DNA of 64,000 bases from Eledone cirrhosa. Lineage: Eukaryota. Location of the stretch: the NCBI GenBank assembly GCA_964016885.1, contig OZ024745.1, positions 53,754,001-53,818,000 of the forward strand, read 5' to 3'. The translations under genes were made by a program, and so were the position numbers. The notes beneath the pieces are model-generated. The model ran no database searches. It saw only the letters and a program-made list of their open reading frames with translations, and was not told where the DNA came from. This document shows, one piece after another, positions 1-12,912 of this stretch; within the stretch, counting starts at the first letter, position 1, and every line of letters starts with the position of its first letter.

Positions 1-277
1 TACATATATATATATACATATATATATATACATATATATATATACATATATATACATATATATATATACATATATATATATACATATATATATATACATA
101 TATATATATACATATATATATATACATATATACATATACATATATACATATACATATATACATATACATATATATATATACATATATATATATACATATA
201 CATATATACATATATATATATACATATATATATATATACATATATATATATACATATATACATATATACATATATAC

Positions 278-310
<33 letters not shown>

Positions 311-315
311 CATAC

Positions 316-362
<47 letters not shown>

Positions 363-795
363 CATATATATATATACATATATATATATACATATATATA
401 TATACATATATATATATACATATATATATATACATATATATATATACATATATATATATACATATATATATATACATATATATATATACATATATATATA
501 TACATATATATACATATATATATATACATATATATACATATATATATATACATATATATATATACATATATATATATACATATATATATATACATATATA
601 TATATACATATATATATATACATATATATATATACATATATACATATACATATATACATATACATATATACATATATATATATACATATATATATATACA
701 TATATATATATACATATACATATATACATATATATATATACATATATATATATATACATATATATATATACATATATACATATATACATATATAC

Positions 796-826
<31 letters not shown>

Positions 827-935
827 CATATACATATATACATATATACATATACATATATATATATACATATATATACATATACATATATACATATATA
901 TATATACATATATATATATACATATACATATATAC

Positions 936-966
<31 letters not shown>

Positions 967-1265
967 CATATATATATATACATATATACATATATACATA
1001 TATATACATATATATATATATACATATATATACATATATATATATATACATATATATACATATATATATATATACATATACATATATACATATATACATA
1101 TACATATATATATATATATACATATATACATATACATATATATATATATATACATATATACATATACATATATATATATATATACATATATACATATATA
1201 TATATACATATACATATATATATCTACATATATACATATATATATATACATATATATATATCTAC

Positions 1266-1296
<31 letters not shown>

Positions 1297-1533
1297 CATA
1301 TATACATACATATACATACATATATATATACATACATACATATACATACATATATATATACATACATATACATACATATATACATACATACATATACATA
1401 CATATATATATACATACATACATATACATACATATATATATACATACATATATATATACATACATATACATACATATATACATACATATATACACACATA
1501 TATACATACATACATATACATACATATACATAC

Positions 1534-1564
<31 letters not shown>

Positions 1565-1901
1565 CATACATGTATGTATATATATATACACACATATATA
1601 TATACATACATGTATGTATATATATATACATACACACACACACACATATACATATACATATATACATACATATACATACATATATATACATACATACATA
1701 CATATACATATACATACATATATATATATACATATATATACATACATACATACATATACATATACATACATATATATATATACATATATATATACATATA
1801 CATATACATACATATATATATATACATATACATATACATATATATATACATATACATATATATATATACATACATATATACATATACATACATATATATA
1901 C

Positions 1902-1954
<53 letters not shown>

Positions 1955-2032
1955 CATATATACATACATACATAAATACATACATACATAAATACATACA
2001 TACATAAATATATACATACATACATACATACA

Positions 2033-2066
<34 letters not shown>

Positions 2067-2643
2067 CATACATATATACATACATATATATATACATACA
2101 TATATATATACATACATATATATATACATACATATATATATACATACATATATATATACATACATATATATATACATACATATATACATACATACATATA
2201 TACATACATACATATATACATACATACATATATACATACATACATATATATATACATACATATATACATACATATATACATACATATATATATACATACA
2301 TATATACATACATATATACATACATATATATATACATATATATATACATATATATATACATATATATATACATACATATATATATACATATATATATACA
2401 TACATATATATATACATACATACATACATACATAAATATATACATACATACATAAATATATACATACATATATATATACATACATACATATATATATACA
2501 TACATATATATATACATACATATATATATACATACATATATATATATATACATACATATATATATACATACATATATATATACATACATATATATATATA
2601 TATATACATACATATATATATATACATACATACATACATACAT
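1..2643. repeat. Compound (TA)n/(TACA)n/(CA)n microsatellite array
   Basis: Almost pure alternating TA/CA units; the long ORFs here are Y/I/M/C/V/H/T low-complexity artefacts. Confidence 0.98.
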
Positions 2644-2645
2644 AG

Positions 2646-3206
2646 ATGTGTAATAGTAATATACGCAAACAGCAAAGTATAAATGAATTGAGAGAGACTG
2701 AGTATAAGAGGAATCAAATGCTGTGTGAGGGGAGGCGGTTACGTTGGTATGGATATGTGATGCGTATGAAGGATGACAGCTGCATAAAAAGGTGCAGAGC
2801 ACTAAAAGTCGATGCAATCCGGAGTGGGGAGACCCAAGAAGACCTGGGATGACGGGTTAAAAGCCGACCTTACCCAATTACCTCAAAGTAATGACACACG
2901 ACCGTGACCTCTGACGTCACACAGTAATACAGAAGACCCGACTCTTACAACCTCCCACTGCATAGTGGTCGTGGAGGAGCCACGACAAAAAAGCACCCAG
3001 CCCACACTAAAGTGGACGTGTAGGACCCACGGAAAAAAAGCACCCAGCACTCAGTGTTAGGAAGGGTATCCAGCTGTAGAAATCAAGCCAGAATCAGTTC
3101 CCGCATGAGAAAGGTGTGGTCAGCCGACCGGACATTGCCCACAACAGGACAACCCGTCTAACCCATGCTACCATGGAACAGACATAAAACGGTGATGATG
3201 ATGATG
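2646..3206 (+). mobile_element. RTE-clade LINE 3' fragment (ORF2 C-terminus, 3'UTR, (ATG)n tail)
   Basis: Translates to [21 protein letters not shown] then, frameshifted, GRPKKTW, typical of the RTE ORF2 C-terminus; ends in AAAACGGTGATGATGATGATG. Confidence 0.85.
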
Positions 3207-3319
3207 ACACATATATATATATACACACCAAACCCATGCAAGTGTGGAAGATGGACGTTAAACGATGATGTCACACACATATACATACACACACACACAT
3301 ATACATACACACACACACA

Positions 3320-3359
<40 letters not shown>

Positions 3360-3494
3360 ATGGTTGCAAACTGCTAAGAGTACTGCAATTGCTTGGATGA
3401 TTATAGTGTTTGGTGCACTTTCAAGCTACGGCCAGTCATACAGACCTGTAACATATCCTGAACAAGCAATGCCTGTGCTTTGAATGTTTATTAA

Positions 3495-3867
3495 GTGGGG
3501 AAAAGCCTTGCACTCGACCAATCCCACTTTGAGCATGGAAAACACTACCCGAAAATGAGAACTGGTCAACATCACCAGATCCTTCCAAAGCCGCAGGTTT
3601 TTTTTTTTTTTTTTCAGTTTCCCTCTCCTAGAAAGGTGTGGGCTTTTCACTCCCAGGTGAAAAAAAAAAATTACTATTTGGATGGCCGTTGACTTTGCCG
3701 AGTTCCTCTGCCCTTTGCCAGGTCTTGTATTTCATCCTGCAGGGTGTCCAAATATCACCCTCCTCACCAGGTAAGCTTGGTGAAGTTGCCGATCTAGTTG
3801 CAGACAACCCGACCATAAGACAGGTTATACTGGGTTACATGTTACCAGTAGCACCCGAGAGCGACCT
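3495..3867. repeat. Unclassified GC-richer interspersed sequence
   Basis: GC- and CpG-richer than the flanks; small hairpin TCACCAGG-TAAG-CTTGGTGA; no recognisable ORF. Boundaries approximate. Confidence 0.35.
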
Positions 3868-3887
3868 GACATATATACATTATATAT

Positions 3888-4111
3888 ATCATCATTTTAC
3901 GTCCGCTTTTCCCTGATTGCGAGGGTTGAACGGGTCCTATTCAGCACAGCATCTCTCCACTTGCCACGGTCCTTCGTCTTCTCCTCGGCGAGCTCCAGCG
4001 ATCCGAGGTCTGCTTTCACCACCTCCGCCCATGTTTTTCGTGGTCTACCTTTACTGCGTCTCCCTTCTACTGGGATTTCTTGGCACTTCTTTACCCAGCG
4101 GTCATCCTCCA
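3888..4111 (-). mobile_element. RTE LINE 3' end fragment
   Basis: ORF 3897-4133 gives DDRWVKKCQEIPVEGRRSKGRPRKTWAEVVKADL; tail CAGGGAAAAGCGGACGTAAAATGATGAT. Confidence 0.9.
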
Positions 4112-6306
4112 TATATACACACACATATGGCAATTTGTTTTTTCACTTATATTTGGATTTTGAATTAGTCACTTTCAAGGAGGCTTTCGTACATATCCTA
4201 AGACAGCGTTATAACAGGGTGGGCAGTCTTGCACATGTATCATCGAATTTTATGTATACCCCCTTCTGAAATCTATCCTACCAAATTGAGAACAAATTAT
4301 TCCACCCCTAAGGTTGTAACTGGTTCTGTTCATATAAGCATATATATATATCTGTCGTGATTCCATATTGATGCCACATTGAGCAGTGGAGATAACATCT
4401 GACCCTTCCATGACTAGTATAGGCACAATTTGTTGATTCAAAAACAAAAAATAAAATTCAGTCAATCAGGCAAATGGAAGACCTGGAACATTTGGGAGTC
4501 TGAAATCATAGACTTTGGGCACAAGGACGCTATTTTGGCTGCTTGTGGGGCGTTTGTCCTATATCGATCTTGGGCTGTTATATATTTTTTTTTAATTGTA
4601 GATGTGTATTATAATCCCATCTTAGATTTGGTTAAACCTGACAGAGACCTATAACATGCACATAACACAGCTGTGGTGGTATAGAGCTCACTGAGTTGAT
4701 ATAACAGTAATAATGAGAGATGTGACTTGCACAGCTGGTTTTTGTTATCTAAAAATTGAACTTTCATATAACAAGCCATAATTAAAATACCACACCCTAG
4801 GAACATTACACAGTTGCTTCAAGCTTGCATAATATTGCTTGATTTGCCAATAAAATTCCATTTGTTTTGATGGCAGATATGTGCGTCACTATGGCCTGTT
4901 GCTGGATTTTAATAAAATGTTAGAGGAAAATTATAATAGTAAATATGAAGTCACTTTCCATCTAGATACAGAGTAAATTTGTAGTTCCAGTATATTAAAT
5001 TAATAATTCTTGTAACATTGTGGTCACATATGTATATTTTTATAGACTTTCCCTAAACATTCTAATATATAGATCTACCGAAGTTAGCAAAAATTAATTG
5101 CTTAATTATCTATCTTTACATAGTTATTTATTTGATATCTCATTGCATTCTATTATAATATAAACAAGATTAATACTAGCGTTTTACAGTTAGTGATTTT
5201 TTGTGTACCGTTCAAAATCTTATAAAGAATTATTTTTAAACTTGAATTCTTACAAAATTATCAATCCTCTTTTCCATTTTTAAAGATTTTGTTGTATATT
5301 TTTATATGTCTAACACATAATTGACTCACCACAGTACTTTTTTTGTCAATATGCAAACTAAAAATCTCATGTAATTTTAATCAAATGTCTTAATATACGG
5401 CGGATGCACAAAAGTACTAAATTTTCATATATTGTTTTAACACTGCTTTGCTGTTGCTTTTGAATGTACTTTTAATTTGCAATATATTAATAGATATGGT
5501 TTGAACCTCATCTACGGTATGAAGTTATCTCTTGTATGAATTACTCTGGAAAATATATGTAGAGTGGTAGACAGATACCTCATATATATCATAGTATGAC
5601 CCACCACAATACATTGAAACATATGTTGAATTAAAATTCTTAGCATAACTTGACATCATTTCACAGTGACTAGAGAGATTTCTAAATGAAAACTAGGAGT
5701 CTCTCGCTCCACTTTACACACACACACATTGAAATAATATTTCAGAACATGAGTGTGAATATTGGCATCTTGACTCTCAAAGCTCTATCATAACTAAATT
5801 ACACCATGTTGTTGATATTACAATTGAGAAGACTAGAGTTCCAATAAATTCCATAAAAAATATTTTCTTTCTAATATCCTATATAATTGAATTATAGGTT
5901 GTGAACCAAACAAATCCGATATAAACAAATTTTAATCAATACATCCTCAATTCATAGAACAGCTATGGCATTTACCCACTCTTCTACAGTGAGAGATACA
6001 ATCATTCCTAAATATTGCTTACATGTGTCTAATTTTTTCATTCAGATTTACAAACCCAAAATATTGTGAGTGGCCAGATTTTAAGCCAGTTACTCAGAAC
6101 CATAACATTCTAGACATCTGAAAATTTATAAACTTTCCATAGTTCAATATTCAATGAACTGCAGATAATATGGGACAAGTGCTTGCTTACATATAGAACT
6201 AATAAATTGGAAGAATATAGGCCAGGAGAATGCAAATTGTTTTCTTTAATCACACTACATGTTGAGGTCAATCTAATTATGGTATTAAATAAAGTTAAAT
6301 ATTTAA

Positions 6307-7741
6307 CCCTTTAGCATTCACATTGAATTGTCAAATGTCATTTTCATCTATTCGCATTATTTTCACTTAATTATACTCAAGAGGGTTATCAATTTTATTT
6401 GTTTGTAATTACTTTAATTTTCTATGTGCAGACTTGAAATTTTGTCAGTAGATGTTTAAATAACTAATTTTCAATAATATATTTTTACCTGAATTTTTTT
6501 GTTAAACTTGATTTTTATGGGCAGGTGAAATTAATTAATAGGAGTAAAAGTAATAACTTTATGGATAAACACAAACATTTAAACTTTATCTGCCTTATCT
6601 GTTAGATTTATTGCAAAAAAATACAATGACCTAGATGCTGATTTCCATCAATTCTAGCAGTTTTCCGAACAGGTGAATTAATTAAAAATGCAGGTGTAAT
6701 CAGTACAAGGTTTTAGTCTTTCTCTACATTCCAGCCAAATATTTTCATTGAAAAAAATGTATAAAACCTTTTCACCAGTCAAAATAATATTGGCAATGTA
6801 CTCTGTAAATGTACGGTGTAAATTTACGTAACAGAATGTTCCCAATATATAAGTTTATACACACTTTTCTGACAACATTTCAATTAATGGTCGTACTTTG
6901 TACAGTGGGTCGTAATTTGATTCATTTCTACCAGGGGCATTTGAAGTATCAACCAGATGCAAATACTGGTTTAATTTGATGAATCTCGTTTTTGCCATAA
7001 TACTAGATATATAAGGGTCACCAAACCTTATATCAGTACTCCAATAATTCCAGTCGTGGAAATTATTTAATACCAAACATAATATTTATGGTAAAAACGC
7101 TTTCATTTCGGCAGAATCTGTCGGACGCCAATAACAGATCGGGTTTTCCGATATTAAAAATTTGTTGTTGTGCATAGCGATTTGCCACAACTTCGAAGAA
7201 AGTTTGTGGTAAAAATAAAAAATAATAATCCAGTGCTTTAGCATCGGGTGGTAATGTGTGTTGTGGTCCAATATTTTCAGTAAAATCCGAAACATGTATC
7301 GATGTTGTTTCTTTCAACCACGTTGGCGTTTTTTCAATGGTGTCAGTCAAATCTTCTCTTTCACTTTCAAAGTGACTATCAGATATATCAGAAATAAATA
7401 TATCTGATTCGTTTGAAGATAAATCACTGATATTATCTTCCGTTTCTTTTTGATCTCAAATGTCGTCGGACGTAAAACCTTCAAATTCGTTGTCGCTACT
7501 TTCGGAAGCCACGAACGTTAAAAACACGTGTTATCGCAAGTTCTTTAACTATACTAAGAGTTAATTTTCGCGCGTAAGGGCTTTATCTCGCAGTAATCTC
7601 GAATTGACGAGATTTCGATGATGTCAATGTTTATTTTTAGAAGGAGATCTCCGTGTGGTATTAAATGTCGGTTTTTGTCGGTTTGAATAAATGAAAGGGG
7701 ACATAATCTTGTCGGTTTTTGTCGGTTTGAATGCTAAAGGG
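6307..7741 (-). mobile_element. Non-autonomous, internally deleted piggyBac transposon, copy A
   Basis: TIRs CCCTTTAGCATTCA...TGAATGCTAAAGGG; TTAA at 6303-6306 and 7742-7745; frameshifted transposase remnants (ALDYYFLFLP, NYWSTD, YDPLYKVRPLIE); start ATG lost. Confidence 0.95.
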
Positions 7742-8277
7742 TTAAGGTGAATAAATGATCAATGATAGAGTATGTTCATTTATGCATAGAGTACACAGAA
7801 ATAAAAATACAACAGCTTAGATAAAAATACCTTTATAGAATTGAGAGTAGTGGACAAACAATATTGGCTAGAAGGAAATAAATGAAATTTGGCCTTACAT
7901 ATTGCTCTCATACATTGGAGACTAACAATATACATATGAAATGTCCATCGTATATTTTGTAAGAGATCCAATATTAACTTGATTGCCTCTAAATGAAACT
8001 AAGATTTTCAGAGCTATTTCAATAAAACCTGTAGAACAAGTCCTATCTGATTTGTTTTAAATATTCCAATTTTTTTTTTCATTTAAACCTTATAAAAATA
8101 TGATAACCAAAAGAAAAATAGCTTTTATAGGGAATAGTTTATCAATCTTTGGTTTGATAACTGAACCACTTTTTCTTATATTAAGCATACAAGTGTAATA
8201 AGTAACAATGCCAACTTGAACAATATTAAAAAAACTGGATTTCATATTTTATGTTAGTATGTAAGTGAGAAAAGATT

Positions 8278-8615
8278 CATCATCATCATCATCATCATTT
8301 TACGTCCACTTTTCCCTGCTTGTAAGGGTGGGACGGGAACTGATTCTGGCTTGATTTCTACAGCTGGATGCCCTTCCTAACACCAACCTCATTTACAGTG
8401 AGTGCTGGGTGCTTTTTTGCCGTGGCACCTTCACAACCACTTTACAGTGGAATGATAGGGACCCCGGTCCCTATCATCTCATTTATACAGCTGAATAAAC
8501 TGGAGCAATGTGAAATAAAGTGTCTTGCTCAAGGAAACAACATCACCCGGTCTGAGAATTGAACTCACCTTTCGATTGCAAGGCCAATGCTCTAACCACT
8601 AAGCCATCTGCCTCC
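8278..8615 (-). mobile_element. tRNA-derived SINE with CORE-like central domain and RTE-type tail
   Basis: Minus-strand head with A box TGGCTTAGTGG and B box GAGTTCAATTC; central CCTTGAGCAAGACACTTTA...CAGTTT...CAGCTGT..AAATGAG resembles the CORE domain; tail ...GGACGTAAAATGATGATG. Confidence 0.88.
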
Positions 8616-8821
8616 ATTCTACTATTTAAAGTACTTTGAGCTCTTTCTTTAAAAATTTACTGCAAATTTCTTTTTAATGGCAATATATTTGGACTGTTTG
8701 TTCTATGAAGGCATAGATTGACTTTCTTGATACATGATTCTATGGTTGGATGTGCTCCTGATGCTATCATTTATTGTGTATGGCTCTTGTTCCACTGATC
8801 ATCTATCAAACTCAAACTTCT

Positions 8822-9950
8822 AATCTAGCTTTCGTTGAGCTGGAGCAGGCCTTTGATATTGTACCACAACCTGTCATCTACTGACCCTTAAACAAATTAG
8901 ATGTAGATGAGTGGTTTGTGAGAACAGTGCAAGCCATATACTGAGGAGCTGTCAGTAAAAACAGAGTAGATAATGATTCAATGAGGAATTTTATGTGAAG
9001 GTTGGAGTGCAACAGGATTCAGTCCTCCAGAAATCCCTGTATTATAGTTCTCCAAACTGTAACAGAGGAGTTTAAGACTGGCTGTCCATAGGAACTTTTG
9101 TGTGCTGATGACATGGCCCTTATAGCCAAATCTGTAGAAGAGCTTCTGGCTTCGGAAACAGAAGTGCTAAGAGTAAACTTGATAAAAACCAAAGTTTTGG
9201 TAAGTAAGAAATAAGAAGTCTCTGATCCCAGCAATGAAATGGCCTTGCTCGAAAACGAGTAGGAAGAAACTCTATATGGTGTACATAATGTAAATCTTGG
9301 GTACACAAGCTGTAGTGGATTAGCAGGCAGACTAACAGAAAAAATAGGCTTTGTATGCGACAGATGCAGAGGGTTTGTTGAGAGTAAGGGCATCAGTGAA
9401 ATAAAGTTTTTCTAGTCCCAAGGAAGGATCCATAGAAGTGGTCAATAAATTCTACCTAAGTGATCTAATTAGCAGTGGAGGAAGTTGCACTAAAAGCATT
9501 GTAGCTATAAGAGCAGGAAGGAAAAAGTTCAGGAAGTTATTACCTTTGTTGAAAACAAAAAGTTAATCTCTGAATGAAAGACTGCAGTGAGACATTGGGA
9601 ATACAGAGGACATATGAAAGCTTGAGAAATGATAGGAGCATGTTCCCAACAGATGTGCAATGTCAACAAAGCATGAATAAGCTGAAAGAAAAGCTGGGTA
9701 TGCATGGAATCTGGTCTAGTGTGCAGAATAGAAGCCTGAGCTGCTATGGTTTTGTGCTGTGTATGGATGATCGTTGGGTGAAGAAATCACAGTGGACGGT
9801 GCAGTATAAGGAAACCAGAGAAAACCTGGGCAGAGGTTGTGAGAACTGATCCCGAATCACTGAATTTCACAGGAGATAACAAAAGATTGCAGCAAGTTAT
9901 GGGATGTTGCGCTAGAAAAAACCCGACCAACACATGCAGGCATGTAAAAC
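8822..9950 (+). mobile_element. Decayed RTE LINE reverse-transcriptase fragment (5'-truncated)
   Basis: Manual translation gives LAFVELEQAFD, LDVDEWFVRTVQAIY, VKVGVQQG and ELLCADDMALIA (YADD-like), with stops and frameshifts. Confidence 0.9.
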
Positions 9951-10028
9951 ATTTTATATTTATATATATAACCCATGCTAGTGTGGAAGATGGACGTTAA
10001 ACGAAGGTGATTATGATATATATATATA

Positions 10029-10368
10029 ATCATCATCATCATCATCTTACGTCCGCTTTTCCCTGCTTGCAAGGGTGGGATGGGAACTGATTCTGGCTTG
10101 ATTTCTACAGCTGGATGCCCTTCCTAACACCAACCTCATTTACAGTGAGTGATGGGTGCTTTTTTGCCGTGGCACTTCCACGACCACTTTGCAGTTGAAT
10201 GATAGGGACCCCAGTCCTATCATCTCATTTCTACAGCTGAGTAAACTGGAGCACAATGTGAAATAAAGTGTCTTGCTCAAGGAAACAACACATTACCCGG
10301 TCTGAGAATTGAACTCACAACCTTTCGATTGCAAGGCCAATGCTCTAACCACTAAGCCATGTGCCTCC
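10029..10368 (-). mobile_element. tRNA/CORE-like SINE, second copy
   Basis: Near-identical to 8278-8615, including A/B boxes and (ATG)n tail. Confidence 0.9.
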
Positions 10369-10399
10369 ACATATATATATAGTATGCGTGTGGTACACA

Positions 10400-10880
10400 A
10401 ACACAATGGGCTTCTGTAGTTTCTGCCTAAAGTTTCATTTACAAGTCTTTCATCAACTTGAAGTAGGCAGATTTTTTTGTGAAAGGTGCTACACGGTGTG
10501 GCTGAACCTGAAACATGATAGTAAAGCTGGCTTCTCAACCACATGGCCATGTTTGAGCAAGTGTGTATATATGCATATGTGTAAAAAGTAAAATATCAAG
10601 TGACTGGGGGCTACAGATTTGATTTGGATGATCATCTGACCTCTAGTGTTGCTGCCATGAACACATCCAATAAATACACTTTTTAAAGTGGTAGTGATTG
10701 TGGTGCAGAAAAATGCACCCAGTCATCCTGTAAGTTGCTCAGCCTTATGAAGGGCACCCAATCAACAGAAACCATGCCAGGTATGAAATGAATGAGCAAT
10801 AGTGAGCTGATCCAAGCCATCTAGGTTCAGACCATGACAACCTGTCTAACCCATGTCAGCAAAGAAAACAGATGATGATG
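10400..10880. mobile_element. Degenerate SINE-related fragments
   Basis: Decayed tRNA-like head on the minus strand (about 10480-10552); AAATGCACCCAG and GACAACCTGTCTAACCCATG...GATGATG motifs on the plus strand. Confidence 0.5.
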
Positions 10881-11139
10881 ACATAAAGAAAAAAAAATTT
10901 AATAATCACTATATGAGAATATTTTTTAAGACCATGTGCATAGATAGCTTTCTGACTAGTTTGTTTTTCATGTGTCAATCACAAGCACACAAAATGAACA
11001 CACTAAACATTTTAAAATATAAATTGTACTGGGTAGAAATATTTATCTAACAAAAATGTAAAAATGCATCATACTTAATCTCAAACTTTAGCAAGTCGTG
11101 GAATACAAATTGTTCAAAAGATATGGTGGAATATTTCAT

Positions 11140-11176
<37 letters not shown>

Positions 11177-12836
11177 AGTAGAACCCACATTTTTACCTAT
11201 TCACCCCCCACTCACCACAGAGTTCTAGCAACAATAATTCACGACGGTGACTATCCTGGGGTTTCTTTCCACTTTCTGGCTCAGCACTAATATATATGTA
11301 AATGAAAACAGTCAGCAGATTTTCATCAAACCACACTACACAGCCTAATGGCCTGAAAGAGACAAGTGGTCAGTCACGAGTGGCAGAATGTCTGATCAGT
11401 TTGGCTTGTTAGTAAAGCTTGGGCAAAATATAATATTAAGACCTGTACTATTAACTAACACAACTTACTAGCGAGGCCTACTTTCAGTGTATATTCACAT
11501 ATTTTAATTTACAATTATTGCAAATCTCCTAGATTCACATTCAATACATCAGAGTTGTTGCTAGAATTGTTTCTTATATCCAGGATTGAGTTACTTAAAC
11601 ACACACACAATTGTATATGTCTTTCAATAGCTAGCTGAACCATAGTCAAAATACAACTAAGCATGATTATCTAGTACTTAGTTTCGAATTGAAAAATGCT
11701 AAGGATTGCAAACTTTCCTCTATATAAAAGATCCTAATATCAGATTTTTAAAAGTTATTAGTCATATTTTAAAAACTGGTAACCTTATTTGATATAGCAA
11801 AGCAGATTATCTTCTATTAGCTGCCAGAATCACCAAATCCTAAATCCAAGATTCAAAGGATTTGTGTCAACAGGACATTGTTAAAAAAAATGTTAATATT
11901 TAAGCATCACACTGCCCACTAATCCTGAATACGAATATCTCACAAGACTGTTAGTTTTTATAACCATTTTTTTTTTATTTTCAGAATAATTTGAAGTCTT
12001 TTATCTATGTCAAAGGAGGAGGGACAGTACCCACAACCTTTGAAAGCTGCTGAGATTCATGTTCATTTTGAACAAGCCACAATGGCTCTAAATTTTAACT
12101 TATCCTGTAATAATTTAGCAGGAAATATCTAATAATAGATTTGTTAATTCAAATATTTACGGTATATAGTGGACAAACTTATGAAAATTTGTAGGTGAAA
12201 CTAATTGTTAATGAAGTGCTGTTGTAGATACTGTTTCGTATCTTTCAGGCAAGTCTTGATAATGCTGTTTCATGTGGAACAAACATTATAGACTTCAATT
12301 ATATTTAAGCACTTATAGTGTCACACCACATTGATACTAAGATACATGCTTTAGATAAAAAAAAAAAAAAAATTAAATATGGGATATGCGATATTCTAAA
12401 ATGGCAACAGTTTAATAAACATTGTCATGGTAACAACTTTGCTCAGTAGGGCATCCATAAAGATATATAATCCAACAGCTACACTACACAACACAACATA
12501 ATCCTATTAATATTGTATTACTCCAAATTCTTTCAATTGGACCCAGGGTTAGTATTAATAATAGAAGCATAACATAACCAGTGGTTTTTAGTGTTCAGTG
12601 CAAAAAACTTGATATTACAATTGAAAAATTGGGTGGGACTAAAACTCATTACTTGTTTTTTTGTACATGGAGCATTTTAATGACATTTAAATGGTAAATG
12701 AATAATAACTCAAAGAACCAGTATGAAACTAACTGAATACCATAATTGTTTGCATTGAGATTAATCTGAAACCATTTAGTCCCCAAACACCACAGTAAAC
12801 ACCAAGCATTTTAAAATTGTGTTAAATATTACTTAC

Positions 12837-12912
12837 CACTTTGTTAACAAAAGAAACAAAACCATATCCCTTTGATTTCAGGGTTTGCGGATCCCGAATG
12901 ATTTTACAATCT
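12837..12912 (-). CDS. TIA1: TIA-1/TIAR nucleolysin, internal exon encoding RRM2 RNP1 (equivalent to human TIA1 exon 7)
   Basis: Acceptor ttccccccctttattgcag|, donor |gtaagt; 76 nt; phase 2 in, phase 0 out; encodes (S)DCKIIRDPQTLKSKGYGFVSFVNKV, in frame with the 88-nt exon. Confidence 0.95.

Noticed and set aside
1224-2717. Long ORFs of 468-497 aa
   Set aside because: Stop-free translations of TA/CA microsatellite, open in several frames on both strands.
8545-8615. tRNA-Cys-like gene
   Set aside because: It is the SINE head, repeated three times with body and tail; no complete acceptor stem or terminator.
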